Origin: Candidatus Kapaibacterium sp.
GTDB lineage: Bacteria; Bacteroidota; Ignavibacteria; Palsa-1295
DNA: 64,000 nt
NCBI GenBank assembly: GCA_038210275.1
Contig: JBBQWV010000019.1
Location: 5,965 to 69,964 of the forward strand
Reading direction: 5' to 3'
Numbering within the stretch: the stretch's first letter is position 1; every line of letters starts with the position of its first letter. The notes under the pieces were generated by a model. It was given only the letters and a program-made list of their open reading frames with translations. It ran no database searches and was not told where the DNA came from. Made by a program: the position numbers and the translations under genes. Shown piece by piece: positions 31,172-40,015 of the stretch.

Positions 31172-31238
31172 ACAAAAATACGAATTCGAACTGAGGAATA
31201 TGTTATAGAATAGAAGGAAAAAATTACACCATTATCAT
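31172..31238 (-). promoter_or_regulatory. promoter with TATTTTTG box and upstream repeats, copy 2
   Basis: ACAAAAATACG, TGTTA and TTACA at offsets 0, 29 and 52, as at 25931. Confidence 0.65.
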
Positions 31239-31319
31239 ATTCATATTCATATTCATTGAGAATATTTTCGTAAAGCGATGGAATGGTTAACTTTAGCAAT
31301 ATTCAAAGCATAGAAGATT

Positions 31320-32279
31320 TCATTGAGTGATCTTTTTAGCGACAGTGGAAATATTCTCTTTTTTTTCTTTGGCTGGAGGAAGCGGTTTATCGGGCACATC
31401 AGCTCCAGCGATTGCGGGTAATGCTCCACGCTTGATCTGGCGGATGCGCAAAAGCGTTTCGAAGGCAATGGTAGCCGTCGCAAGCCAGACCGTCCCAGCG
31501 CACCAACCGGCAATAATATCAGAACTCCAATGCACTCCCAAATAAATGCGAGATAAACCTACGAGAAGTATGAGTGTCATAATAACTGCCAGCAAAATGG
31601 ATTTCAGCTTCCACGTATATTTCTGTCTGAGAATAAGATACCCTATCGAACCAAGAATAATAAACGAACCCATTGCATGACCGCTTGGAAATGAATTGCC
31701 CTGAGCAATGGCAATAGCCGTTGAAATGTCAGGTCGTGCACGAGCATACAGTAATTTTAAGCCGACATTCAGAAGAACACCCCCAAGACTTGTAACCACC
31801 ATATACATTGCCGAAGCGCGCTCTTTTCGAACAAGTAATACCGTAATCACGACAGCAATAAGCCCCATACCAATAGGACCGCCAATATCCGTAATCGCGA
31901 TAAAAAGAATGGTCAGTCCGTGAAAACGCTCCGTGCGAAACCAAAGATTAACAACTTGATCAACATGGAAAATGTCTGAACCAGTCTGTCTGAAAGCCTC
32001 TCCGAGATCGCCAAATAATTTCCCCGCACCAAATGCTGCTAATCCCCCGCCGACAAGAATCAGCGCCATTGGCAGATAGAGGAGAATCACTGACCTATGA
32101 GGATATTTATCAGACCACTTCTTCAATCCGCTCCGAATGACCAGCACCGAAGCCTTCTGTGCCCCAAACTTTATTCCACTCCAAACTCCAGGAAAACCAT
32201 AATAAAATAAAACCCAAAATAACAGAAACAGCAACGCCGGTAAAAGGAATGGAACGATGGGATTAGAGATATTATTCAT
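31320..32279 (-). CDS. PAP2 family phosphatase
   Basis: K....RARP, SFPSGH, SRIYLGVHWSSDI. Confidence 0.93.
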   Translation of the reverse strand: MNNISNPIVPFLLPALLFLLFWVLFYYGFPGVWSGIKFGAQKASVLVIRSGLKKWSDKYPHRSVILLYLPMALILVGGGLAAFGAGKLFGDLGEAFRQTGSDIFHVDQVVNLWFRTERFHGLTILFIAITDIGGPIGMGLIAVVITVLLVRKERASAMYMVVTSLGGVLLNVGLKLLYARARPDISTAIAIAQGNSFPSGHAMGSFIILGSIGYLILRQKYTWKLKSILLAVIMTLILLVGLSRIYLGVHWSSDIIAGWCAGTVWLATATIAFETLLRIRQIKRGALPAIAGADVPDKPLPPAKEKKENISTVAKKITQ

Positions 32280-32334
32280 AAGTTATTCAACCCTGTCATA
32301 CACAACTAATACCCTAGGCGGATGGATATTCAAT

Positions 32335-32634
32335 TCACACTGACGAACCGACCAATGTCAAGATTTCCTGCTTAGGCGGACCTTCAAGACCGTTTGCTTT
32401 AAGCTGCTCTTGAAAATATTTGAATTCCGGTAATGTCAGCAAAACCTGTTCTGCTTCATCAGATTGAAAGATAGCAAGATGAATAAACGATCTGCTGTCA
32501 GCTCCGAGAAAACATTCGTAGCGCACGTCAGGGTTACCAATCTTTTGCATCGCAGCCATCACTTGCGCAATGTTGCTTTTATTCTGCTCGGCATATTCTG
32601 CCTTCGTTGTGTAGGTTACTCGTACGATTTTCAT
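32335..32634 (-). CDS. small hypothetical protein (ABM/Dabb-like fold inferred)
   Basis: 99 aa ORF co-oriented in the array; VRVTY.TK...AEQN, FIHLA, F..FQ pattern. Confidence 0.65.
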   Translation of the reverse strand: MKIVRVTYTTKAEYAEQNKSNIAQVMAAMQKIGNPDVRYECFLGADSRSFIHLAIFQSDEAEQVLLTLPEFKYFQEQLKANGLEGPPKQEILTLVGSSV

Positions 32635-32655
32635 ATGTAGATTTTAATTTAGAAA

Positions 32656-33501
32656 TTATTTCTCTCCGTAAATTATCAAAGCGCTTGAATCGATATTGAC
32701 ATTACCATCGGGATACTTCCGATTGATCTTTGCCATTACCTCGCCAATTATTTTTTCTTTCATAACATCGTCAATCTTACTCAGTGCGGTAACAACAGGA
32801 CCGACTGCCTCTGAAGCAAAGTGCCAATATGTTTCGGCAGTCCCGGCATGTAATACTCCACCGACTTGAGATTCCGAGATATTCTTCAGTCCAGCTTGAC
32901 TAAATAAATCAGCAATCAAGCCCGGTGCTGAGCAGCGGAACATCCCAGGAGCGCCGGGCGGTGGATGCGGCATTTCAACATTATCATTGATCACGCTGGT
33001 CGCTGCAGTAAACCAGAAATTCTTATCTGATCCAGCCCAAACTGATGTTGCTATCTTACCTCCAGGTTTTAGTACCCGCACCATCTCTTTGGCGGCAAGG
33101 AGCATATCGGGGAAAAACATAAATCCCATCCGGCAGCTAACAGCATCAAAAATATTATCAGCAAAGGGCAGATCAGAAACGTCACAGACAATCGTTTCAA
33201 AATTTGCAATGCCGCGCTTGGCAGCATTTTCCCGCGCTATTGCAAGCATTCCATCTGATAGATCAGTGCTTATCACTTTTCCTTCTGTTAAAATCGAAGC
33301 GATCGTCAGTCCCGGCTCACCTGTTCCGGCAGCAACATCAAGGACTACCACATTTCCATTTGGTGCCAGCAGCCGGATCATCTCATCGCCCATTGGTTTT
33401 AGGAAATCCATTGCAATATCATCCCATTTTTTCCAGCCTGGAGACGATTTATTCCATGATTCTTTTTGCTGATCGCGTATTTGTTCGAGTTGAGTTTCCA
33501 T
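32656..33501 (-). CDS. class I SAM-dependent methyltransferase (UbiE-like)
   Basis: VLDVAAGTGEP, TDLS, CRMGFMFFPD, RVLKPGG. Confidence 0.92.
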   Translation of the reverse strand: METQLEQIRDQQKESWNKSSPGWKKWDDIAMDFLKPMGDEMIRLLAPNGNVVVLDVAAGTGEPGLTIASILTEGKVISTDLSDGMLAIARENAAKRGIANFETIVCDVSDLPFADNIFDAVSCRMGFMFFPDMLLAAKEMVRVLKPGGKIATSVWAGSDKNFWFTAATSVINDNVEMPHPPPGAPGMFRCSAPGLIADLFSQAGLKNISESQVGGVLHAGTAETYWHFASEAVGPVVTALSKIDDVMKEKIIGEVMAKINRKYPDGNVNIDSSALIIYGEK

Positions 33502-33504
33502 AAA

Positions 33505-35625
33505 TTATTTCAGAATATTGATTTTCTGTGATTTGCTTACTCCAGCGGCAGTCAACGTCACGACATACATTCCACTTGTCAGATTATCGACGCGGATCGA
33601 AAGATCATGTGTACCTGTATCTTTATCTTCATCAAGCAGCGTTATCAATTTTTCTCCAAGCATATTCGATAACGTTATTCGAACGTGCTCACGATTTGGA
33701 ATCGTATAACGAATCGTTGATGAAGTGTTGAATGGATTAGGAGTGTTTTGTTCGAGAATGAATAACGAACTTGATTCGGGTGGTACCGAATTACTACTAA
33801 TCATTTCCGAAAGTGGTCGGCGCCACACGCCTGTGCTGGTCCCAGCAAAGAGATATGTATCACTCGCTGCAAGACTAAAGACAACATCAGTCTTCATGCC
33901 CGTATTGACTTCTACCCAACTCGTACCATTGTTGGTCGTAAGATAAACACTATCTCCTGTGGCTACAAAAAGATTTGTACCGCTTACAGCTAAGGCATTG
34001 ACATAAGGGTACGTCAAACCCGTATTAACCATATTCCAACTCGTCCCATTGTTTGTAGTGAGGAAGACGCCTTTGTCAGTACCTGCGAAGAGATTTGTGC
34101 CGATAACAGCAAGGTCATAAATTGAACTGAAATTTAAGCCAGTACTGACATTAGTCCAGCTTGTCCCGGCGTTCGTTGAAAGAAAGATATAGTTTGTCTG
34201 TCCCAAATCTGACCCGGCAAAGAGGTTTGTTCCAATGATAGCTAATGTTGAGATAGTTGAAATATTCTGGAGACCTGAACCGGTCGAAGTCCAGTTTGAG
34301 CCAATATCGGTCGAGAGAAAAACAGGCCCACCCGGACCAGGGTTATGTATCCCTGCAAAGAGGTTAGTGCCACTGAAAGCAATGGTATTCGCGAGGAAAA
34401 AATCCGGGAAGCCAGTATTTCTCGCTACCCAGCTTGTGCCGTTATTAGTCGAAAGATAAACACCCTGCGAAACTGCAAAGAGATTCTGACCATTCGCTTT
34501 AAGATCAGTGATAATATTGCCCAATGCCCCCTCAGTAGTGCTCGGTAAGCCAGAATTTACTTCTGCCCAACTTGTACCATTATCAGATGTAAGAAAAACG
34601 CTGCCACTTTCTGTTCCTGCGAAGAGATCTTTGCCATTGACAAGAAGCTTCGTAATAAATACAGGTATCAATTTGTTATTTACCGGTTTCCAGTTAATCC
34701 CGCTATTTGTCGAGAGGAAAACACCTCCATTCGTCCCTGCGATGAGTTTCTCGTTTGTCGCTAAAAGAGCAAAGACAAGCGTATTCGTCAGGCCGGTATT
34801 TTCCGCAGTCCAGTTCATGCCATTATCGGTTGAAAGAAAAACGCCGCTGCCAGTCCCGGCAAATAGTTTTGAGCCGTTGAATGCAAGGGCGTGGACATTA
34901 GGATAAGTCGAGCCTGTATTGACAGGAGACCAGCTCGCGCCATTGTCTAACGAACGAAAAAGGCCGTTCACAGTCCCGGCAAAAAGATTTGCGCCGTTCG
35001 CAGCAAGGGCATAGACACTTTTCGTAGTTAAACCTGAGTTACTCCCTGACCAACTTGTGCCATTGTCGGTGGAGTGAAAAACCCCGCCATACGTCCCGAC
35101 GAAAAGATCATTACCACTGACTGCGAGTGAAAGGACAATTTTATTCGTCAATCCTGTATTAACAGGACTCCAACTTTTACCATCGTTAGTCGAAAGAAAA
35201 ACACCGCTATTGGAAGTTCCGGCAAAGAGATTCGAGCCAATCACTGCAAAGGCTTTTACATTGGTGTTTGTCAAACCAGTATTTACCGCAGACCAGTTTG
35301 CTCCGTTATCCGGAGAGAAAAAAACACCGTCGAATTGCGTTGCGGCAAAGAGATTTATACCCTGTACAGCAAGAGCATAGATAGGACTTCGCGGTAAACC
35401 ATTATTGACCTGAGACCAGCTCTGGCCGTTGTCAGTCGAGAGATTAAGACCAGTATAATCTGAACCTGCAAAAAGACTAGTGCCAATGATTGCCAAACAA
35501 TTAATGGGTCCGCCATAGGACACATCGGTTTGAACCCATTGTGCCTGAACGACATTTGCCGATTGCAAGAGCAAGCATATTATGATGCAAATCTGAACGA
35601 GCACATGTGTGATGATTTTTTTCAT
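33505..35625 (-). CDS. BNR-repeat beta-propeller protein with T9SS C-terminal domain
   Basis: Many LFAGT..GVFLST.NG.SW..VNTGL repeats; QNTPNPF...GMYVV tail. Confidence 0.9.
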   Translation of the reverse strand: MKKIITHVLVQICIIICLLLQSANVVQAQWVQTDVSYGGPINCLAIIGTSLFAGSDYTGLNLSTDNGQSWSQVNNGLPRSPIYALAVQGINLFAATQFDGVFFSPDNGANWSAVNTGLTNTNVKAFAVIGSNLFAGTSNSGVFLSTNDGKSWSPVNTGLTNKIVLSLAVSGNDLFVGTYGGVFHSTDNGTSWSGSNSGLTTKSVYALAANGANLFAGTVNGLFRSLDNGASWSPVNTGSTYPNVHALAFNGSKLFAGTGSGVFLSTDNGMNWTAENTGLTNTLVFALLATNEKLIAGTNGGVFLSTNSGINWKPVNNKLIPVFITKLLVNGKDLFAGTESGSVFLTSDNGTSWAEVNSGLPSTTEGALGNIITDLKANGQNLFAVSQGVYLSTNNGTSWVARNTGFPDFFLANTIAFSGTNLFAGIHNPGPGGPVFLSTDIGSNWTSTGSGLQNISTISTLAIIGTNLFAGSDLGQTNYIFLSTNAGTSWTNVSTGLNFSSIYDLAVIGTNLFAGTDKGVFLTTNNGTSWNMVNTGLTYPYVNALAVSGTNLFVATGDSVYLTTNNGTSWVEVNTGMKTDVVFSLAASDTYLFAGTSTGVWRRPLSEMISSNSVPPESSSLFILEQNTPNPFNTSSTIRYTIPNREHVRITLSNMLGEKLITLLDEDKDTGTHDLSIRVDNLTSGMYVVTLTAAGVSKSQKINILK

Positions 35626-35653
35626 GTTCGTAAGTTAAATGAAAGAAAATATA

Positions 35654-37351
35654 TTACCTCTGAACGCTGATATTCTCTGACTTAGTCCTTCCCTCAGCGG
35701 TCAACGTCACAACATAAATTCCATTTGCCAGGCTTCTAATATCCACTTTAAACTCTGGACCGGCAGCGTTTGAGTGAAGAACTTCTTTACCAGTTATATC
35801 AACTATTTTCAGCTCCACGTTTTTACCTTCTGCCTGTTGCCAGGAAATAGCAACTGACTGATTTGCCGGATCAGGATAAATTGAGAAAGTATTGTCAGCG
35901 CTTTTTAATTCACTCACACCGACTTTGGAGCATAGGCTATCTCCTATAGCTGTTGTAGGAAATCCATACTTAGCTGTGAGATAATCAGTGCCGTTTACGC
36001 TTTGACTGTTGCCAGTAATAAAAATCTCGCCTGCGGCATTCACCACCATCCCTGACGAATAATCATTTTGATTGCTTGGTCCGTTTGTCCGGTACTCCCC
36101 GATCAAACTTCCCGATGAATCATATTTCAAGACAAGACAGTCGGAATTGTTGCCGTCGGTTGAATTGGCATTAATATAAATATTTGCCTGAGCATCAATA
36201 CGAATTGGGCTGCCGGCAAGGTAATTATTAAAGGTATTGCTGTAAATTTTTGCCCAGATTTCATTTCCCTTAGGGTCATACTTGATTAATTCGATATTTG
36301 ATACCACACCGTTCTTAAATGGTTGACCTACGATATAGGCATTCCCAAAGTCATCAGCTACGATGGATATTCCTTCACTATTCCAAGCTGCATTACCCCG
36401 CTCTTTCATATACAGGATATTTCCGGCTGAATCAAGTTTGGCAGTGAGGTAGCTTTTCTTTGCATTTGCCGCGGTATCCGCCGTCCAGCCTGTGATGAAA
36501 ATATCTTCATTTTTGCCGACAAAAAGGCTAACCGGAAAATCCTGTTTTGTTGGTCGCGATATTCTTTTTAAGAATTCTCTTCTTCCGCTCGTATCATGTT
36601 TCTCAAGACCAAAATCTATAGCTGTAGAATTAGGAGTAGACCCATGGGAGGTTTCAGGTATTGAATCCTGTGCAAGATTAGTAATGGAGTAGATAGTCTT
36701 ATTACTAACAATCACCATGTCATTAAGCGCATCTGTCGTATTATAAAAACGGTCAATGGTAAAAATTCGACCTGTTCTCATTTCAGTTACGTAGTGTCCG
36801 TTACTATCAAATTTTATTATGTTTGCCTCTTGAAAATTTCTGAAATTATTATAGCATAGAGTGCACTCCGAAGTTGCACCGACGAATATATTTCCACCCC
36901 CATCTACTGCAATTCTATATGAAAGATTAAGAGTATTAAGAACCGAATTGGGATAAACTGCATCCCAGACTAATTTACCTGAGCAGTTGTATTTAAGCAC
37001 ATGAATTTTCTCAGCAGTATCAACTAAATTTACTGAGATAAAAATATTCCCGCTTGCATCGGTTGTAATATCCGTGGGGTCGCAAGTAAACGAAGAGACA
37101 TACTTCACCTGCCATAAAGCATTTCCGGAAGGATCATACTTTATGGTTTGTATTTGATTTATTTTTTTTGTGCTATCATAGGCAGTTCCTGTAACAATCA
37201 CACAGCCAGCGCTATTAAGCGTCAGAGCAGTCGGAGTATTACCTTGCAGCGAAGGGTCACTATAGGTTTTCACCCATTGCCTGCCGAATTGGGCAGATGC
37301 TGAACCTGATATCAAAAACGCTAAACCGATGAGAAGCAGATATTTTTTCAT
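35654..37351 (-). CDS. SBBP-repeat beta-propeller protein with T9SS C-terminal domain
   Basis: Repeated KYD..GN..W and D..GN.YI.G motifs; IYPDPA...GIYVV tail. Confidence 0.87.
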   Translation of the reverse strand: MKKYLLLIGLAFLISGSASAQFGRQWVKTYSDPSLQGNTPTALTLNSAGCVIVTGTAYDSTKKINQIQTIKYDPSGNALWQVKYVSSFTCDPTDITTDASGNIFISVNLVDTAEKIHVLKYNCSGKLVWDAVYPNSVLNTLNLSYRIAVDGGGNIFVGATSECTLCYNNFRNFQEANIIKFDSNGHYVTEMRTGRIFTIDRFYNTTDALNDMVIVSNKTIYSITNLAQDSIPETSHGSTPNSTAIDFGLEKHDTSGRREFLKRISRPTKQDFPVSLFVGKNEDIFITGWTADTAANAKKSYLTAKLDSAGNILYMKERGNAAWNSEGISIVADDFGNAYIVGQPFKNGVVSNIELIKYDPKGNEIWAKIYSNTFNNYLAGSPIRIDAQANIYINANSTDGNNSDCLVLKYDSSGSLIGEYRTNGPSNQNDYSSGMVVNAAGEIFITGNSQSVNGTDYLTAKYGFPTTAIGDSLCSKVGVSELKSADNTFSIYPDPANQSVAISWQQAEGKNVELKIVDITGKEVLHSNAAGPEFKVDIRSLANGIYVVTLTAEGRTKSENISVQR

Positions 37352-37370
37352 AGGTGTATTTTTTAATGTA

Positions 37371-37883
37371 CTATTTTAACCTTACTGCTTTGATAACGAA
37401 CACGATCAGAAGTATAAATATAACACCGAGCAGAATGGGAAAAGCCCATATTCCAATTCCTTCCGATCTGCCATCGGCTACTTTCAGTGTCAGATAGACG
37501 ATAAATGAGAAGATCAAAACGATTCCGCATTTCAGGAAGCGGATCAGCCGCGTGGCTTTTATATAGAGTCGCTGAGCATTCTCGGCAGAAACGGTAACCG
37601 GATAATTAAAGAAATGCGGAAACAGGTTCAGTACCGTTAATCCGATAAAGATAACGCTTGCGAGGATCGGCAAAATGAAGATCGAACCTTTGCTGCCATA
37701 GCGATCGATCTCACCTGATGCAGAAAAATGAGTGGCAATAGTCTCGGGTAAATTTGAATAATTCCAAATGATAAAAGCCCATAACGAGATCAAAGCTACC
37801 CAGCCGATGATCTCAAGAAATCTATCAAGCGGCGCAAGCACCAAAGTTATTTTCGGTCGTGGCTCCATAGCAAAGACTCTCAT
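37371..37883 (-). CDS. DUF1648 (SdpI-like) membrane protein
   Basis: LPETIATHF...GEIDRYGSK, PHFFNYPV. Confidence 0.85.
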   Translation of the reverse strand: MRVFAMEPRPKITLVLAPLDRFLEIIGWVALISLWAFIIWNYSNLPETIATHFSASGEIDRYGSKGSIFILPILASVIFIGLTVLNLFPHFFNYPVTVSAENAQRLYIKATRLIRFLKCGIVLIFSFIVYLTLKVADGRSEGIGIWAFPILLGVIFILLIVFVIKAVRLK

Positions 37884-38000
37884 ATGATAATTAATAGAGG
37901 CAAATTAAGCAAATGGAGGGAGTGAATGATTCCCTTGTGGAAAATGTCGATTCTCCGTATCTTTGTAGATTATATTTCCTTAATTCGCAATCACTCCAGT

Positions 38001-38282
38001 ATGCCAGCACCACAGATCATTCGTGATTTAGTTGATAAATTCGACCGCAACTTCGAGACCTATAAAAAGGCAACGAACGAAACGCAAGTGCGCCGTGAAT
38101 TCATTGATACATTCTTTTCCGAACTCGGATGGGATATGGACAACACCAAAACGAAAGCAATACCGCAAAGCCGGACGCAACTTGAGCGGCAGATCGCGCA
38201 TGCGGATAGTGAAATTGATCGGCTGGTTTATGAGTTGTATGGGTTGAGTGAGGAGGAAGTTTCTATAATTGAAAGGAAATAG
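38001..38282 (+). pseudogene. internally deleted type IIG/Eco57I-like restriction-modification gene (N-terminus fused in frame to C-terminal tail)
   Basis: MPAPQII..NETQVRREFIDTFFSELGWDMDN (HSDR_N-like start) joined to PQSRTQLERQIAHADSEIDRLVYELYGLSEEE (typical C-terminal tail); no methylase or TRD region; 93 aa. Confidence 0.8.
38161..38282 (+). repeat. R-M 3' tail direct repeat, copy 1
   Basis: Contains the invariant GATCGGCTGGTTTATGAGTTGTA at 38217-38239. Confidence 0.92.
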
Positions 38283-38285
38283 ACC

Positions 38286-39320
38286 ATGCCACAAAAAAAT
38301 AAAGTAAATACCAAGAATGCACAACCGATAGAAGATGTAGTTGTTGTTAAGTCTAACAATCCTCTAATCTTCATAAGTCATGACACGAGAGATGCTGAAC
38401 TCGCCGAAGAGTTTAGTAACCTTCTCAAGAGTGCTAGTGCGGGTGCCCTAAAATCATTTGTTTCGTCAGACAAAAAGGGGACTCGGGGAATGGAGTATGG
38501 TGTAGAATGGTATCCAGCCATTATGGATAAAATCGATGAAGCAACGGAAGTGGTCTGTTTATTAACCCAGCGAAGTGTCGAACGCCCTTGGATTCTTTAC
38601 GAAGCGGGGGTGGCAAAAGGCAAATTAGGGAAGAAAGTAATTGGTATCGCAATGGGGATTCAAAGTAAAGTTGCATTCATTGGACCATTCGCTCAATTTC
38701 AAAACAATGATGGTTCTGTCCCTGCCATTTCAAAGTTGGTTTTGGATCTTGTAAAAAAAGTACCAGGACTTGACCCTGATCAACAACTTGTCGAACAACT
38801 TGTTCAATCTTTCCATAATAAAGCGAGTGAAATTTTAACAAAAAATCAAGAAACTAATGATGAGATTAATACGAATGAAAATACTGTAGTCAAATTATTT
38901 GAAGAAGTTAAAATTATGTTCGAGAGGTTACCAGCCACTATTGTGCATAGGATTGATCCTAATTCGAAACGGAATCGGAAATTACATCCGATGATGTTTG
39001 AAGAGCTTATGCATATGAGTATGAATTTTGAAGAACCTCAGATTGGTTTTCTAATGATGATAAGCTTTATCAAAGACGATTTTCCATGGCTCTACGAAAT
39101 TGCCCTTGAAACGTACAGGGGAGTTAGAGAAAACAAAACTTTAAATGAAAAGAGAAAATTAGTTTCGTCACTTGAAAGGGCTTTAGATATGTTAGAACAT
39201 CCGGCATTGAGAGATTACTACGGTAAATCTAAAGAAATGTATATGATAAGCCATGAAATAGGTCATTTCTTCCATCGCTTTTTCGACAGATTTTTGCTTG
39301 ATGAGAAAAACAAGAAATGA
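38286..39320 (+). CDS. TIR-domain protein with helical C-terminal domain (putative defence)
   Basis: LIFISHDTRD, CLLTQRSVERPWILYEAG with the conserved Glu. Confidence 0.88.
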   Translation: MPQKNKVNTKNAQPIEDVVVVKSNNPLIFISHDTRDAELAEEFSNLLKSASAGALKSFVSSDKKGTRGMEYGVEWYPAIMDKIDEATEVVCLLTQRSVERPWILYEAGVAKGKLGKKVIGIAMGIQSKVAFIGPFAQFQNNDGSVPAISKLVLDLVKKVPGLDPDQQLVEQLVQSFHNKASEILTKNQETNDEINTNENTVVKLFEEVKIMFERLPATIVHRIDPNSKRNRKLHPMMFEELMHMSMNFEEPQIGFLMMISFIKDDFPWLYEIALETYRGVRENKTLNEKRKLVSSLERALDMLEHPALRDYYGKSKEMYMISHEIGHFFHRFFDRFLLDEKNKK

Positions 39321-39503
39321 GAAGATGTTTCCTCCGTCAACCGTATGCTGACGTTCAACAAAGAACTACCCTCAGCCAAAACCCCTCAGAGCCGAACGCA
39401 GCTTGAGCGGCAGATCGCGCATACCGATATCGAAATAGATCGGCTGGTTTATGAGTTGTACGGGTTGACTGAGGAGGAGATTAAGGTGGTGGAGGAGAAA
39501 TGA
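39320..39503 (+). repeat. R-M 3' tail direct repeat, copy 2 (includes an intact 52-aa ORF at 39345-39503)
   Basis: MLTFNKELPSAKTPQSRTQLERQIAHTDIEIDRLVYELYGLTEEEIKVVEEK; invariant core at 39438-39460. Confidence 0.92.
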
Positions 39504-39562
39504 GCCGCAAAATTAGATGGACAAAATATGGAATTTGTATGGCTAATTTATGGTTGTACTAA

Positions 39563-40015
39563 ATGCCAAACGTAATTAACACATTCTCTTTACGAAAAGA
39601 CATGCCAGCAACTGCCACAGTAAACCGACTCTTCAGTACTGTTCCTAAAGACCGATTTAAGCTTTTGCAGACGAATAACAAGCCCGATGCAAAACGCATT
39701 GCAAATTCATTCTTAAATTTTGGTAATGAGGAGGTCTCTGCGGCTACGGGAATACCATTAAAATCAGTCCGATTCGACGATCGAATGCCGGATGCCCTTA
39801 GAGAACGGGCATTAGAGTGGGCTACTGCTATTAATTTGGTAGGCGAATTCTTTAAGGACGAGAATCAAACGATTCTCTGGTTCCAGACACCGAATCCGTT
39901 GCTTGGCAGTATCTCCCCAAAGGAAATGATAAAGCGAGGACGGTTTCGTAAACTGCTTCAATTTATCCAAACCGCACTTACAGAAAATGTAAACACGGCA
40001 GGTGGCAAAGCGTAG
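39563..40015 (+). CDS. Xre/MbcA/ParS-like antitoxin
   Basis: C-terminal WFQTPNPLLGSISPKEMI pattern; overlaps the RES gene start. Confidence 0.82.
   Translation: MPNVINTFSLRKDMPATATVNRLFSTVPKDRFKLLQTNNKPDAKRIANSFLNFGNEEVSAATGIPLKSVRFDDRMPDALRERALEWATAINLVGEFFKDENQTILWFQTPNPLLGSISPKEMIKRGRFRKLLQFIQTALTENVNTAGGKA

Noticed and set aside
31235-31256. TCATAT hexamer repeat as a phase-variation tract
   Set aside because: Only about three units in AT-rich intergenic DNA; no evidence of function.
33505-35625. DNA-level repeat array
   Set aside because: The periodicity is explained by the protein's BNR beta-propeller repeats.
25174-37883. Classical integron
   Set aside because: No tyrosine integrase, and most spacers are too short or lack the RYYYAAC...GTTRRRY attC structure.
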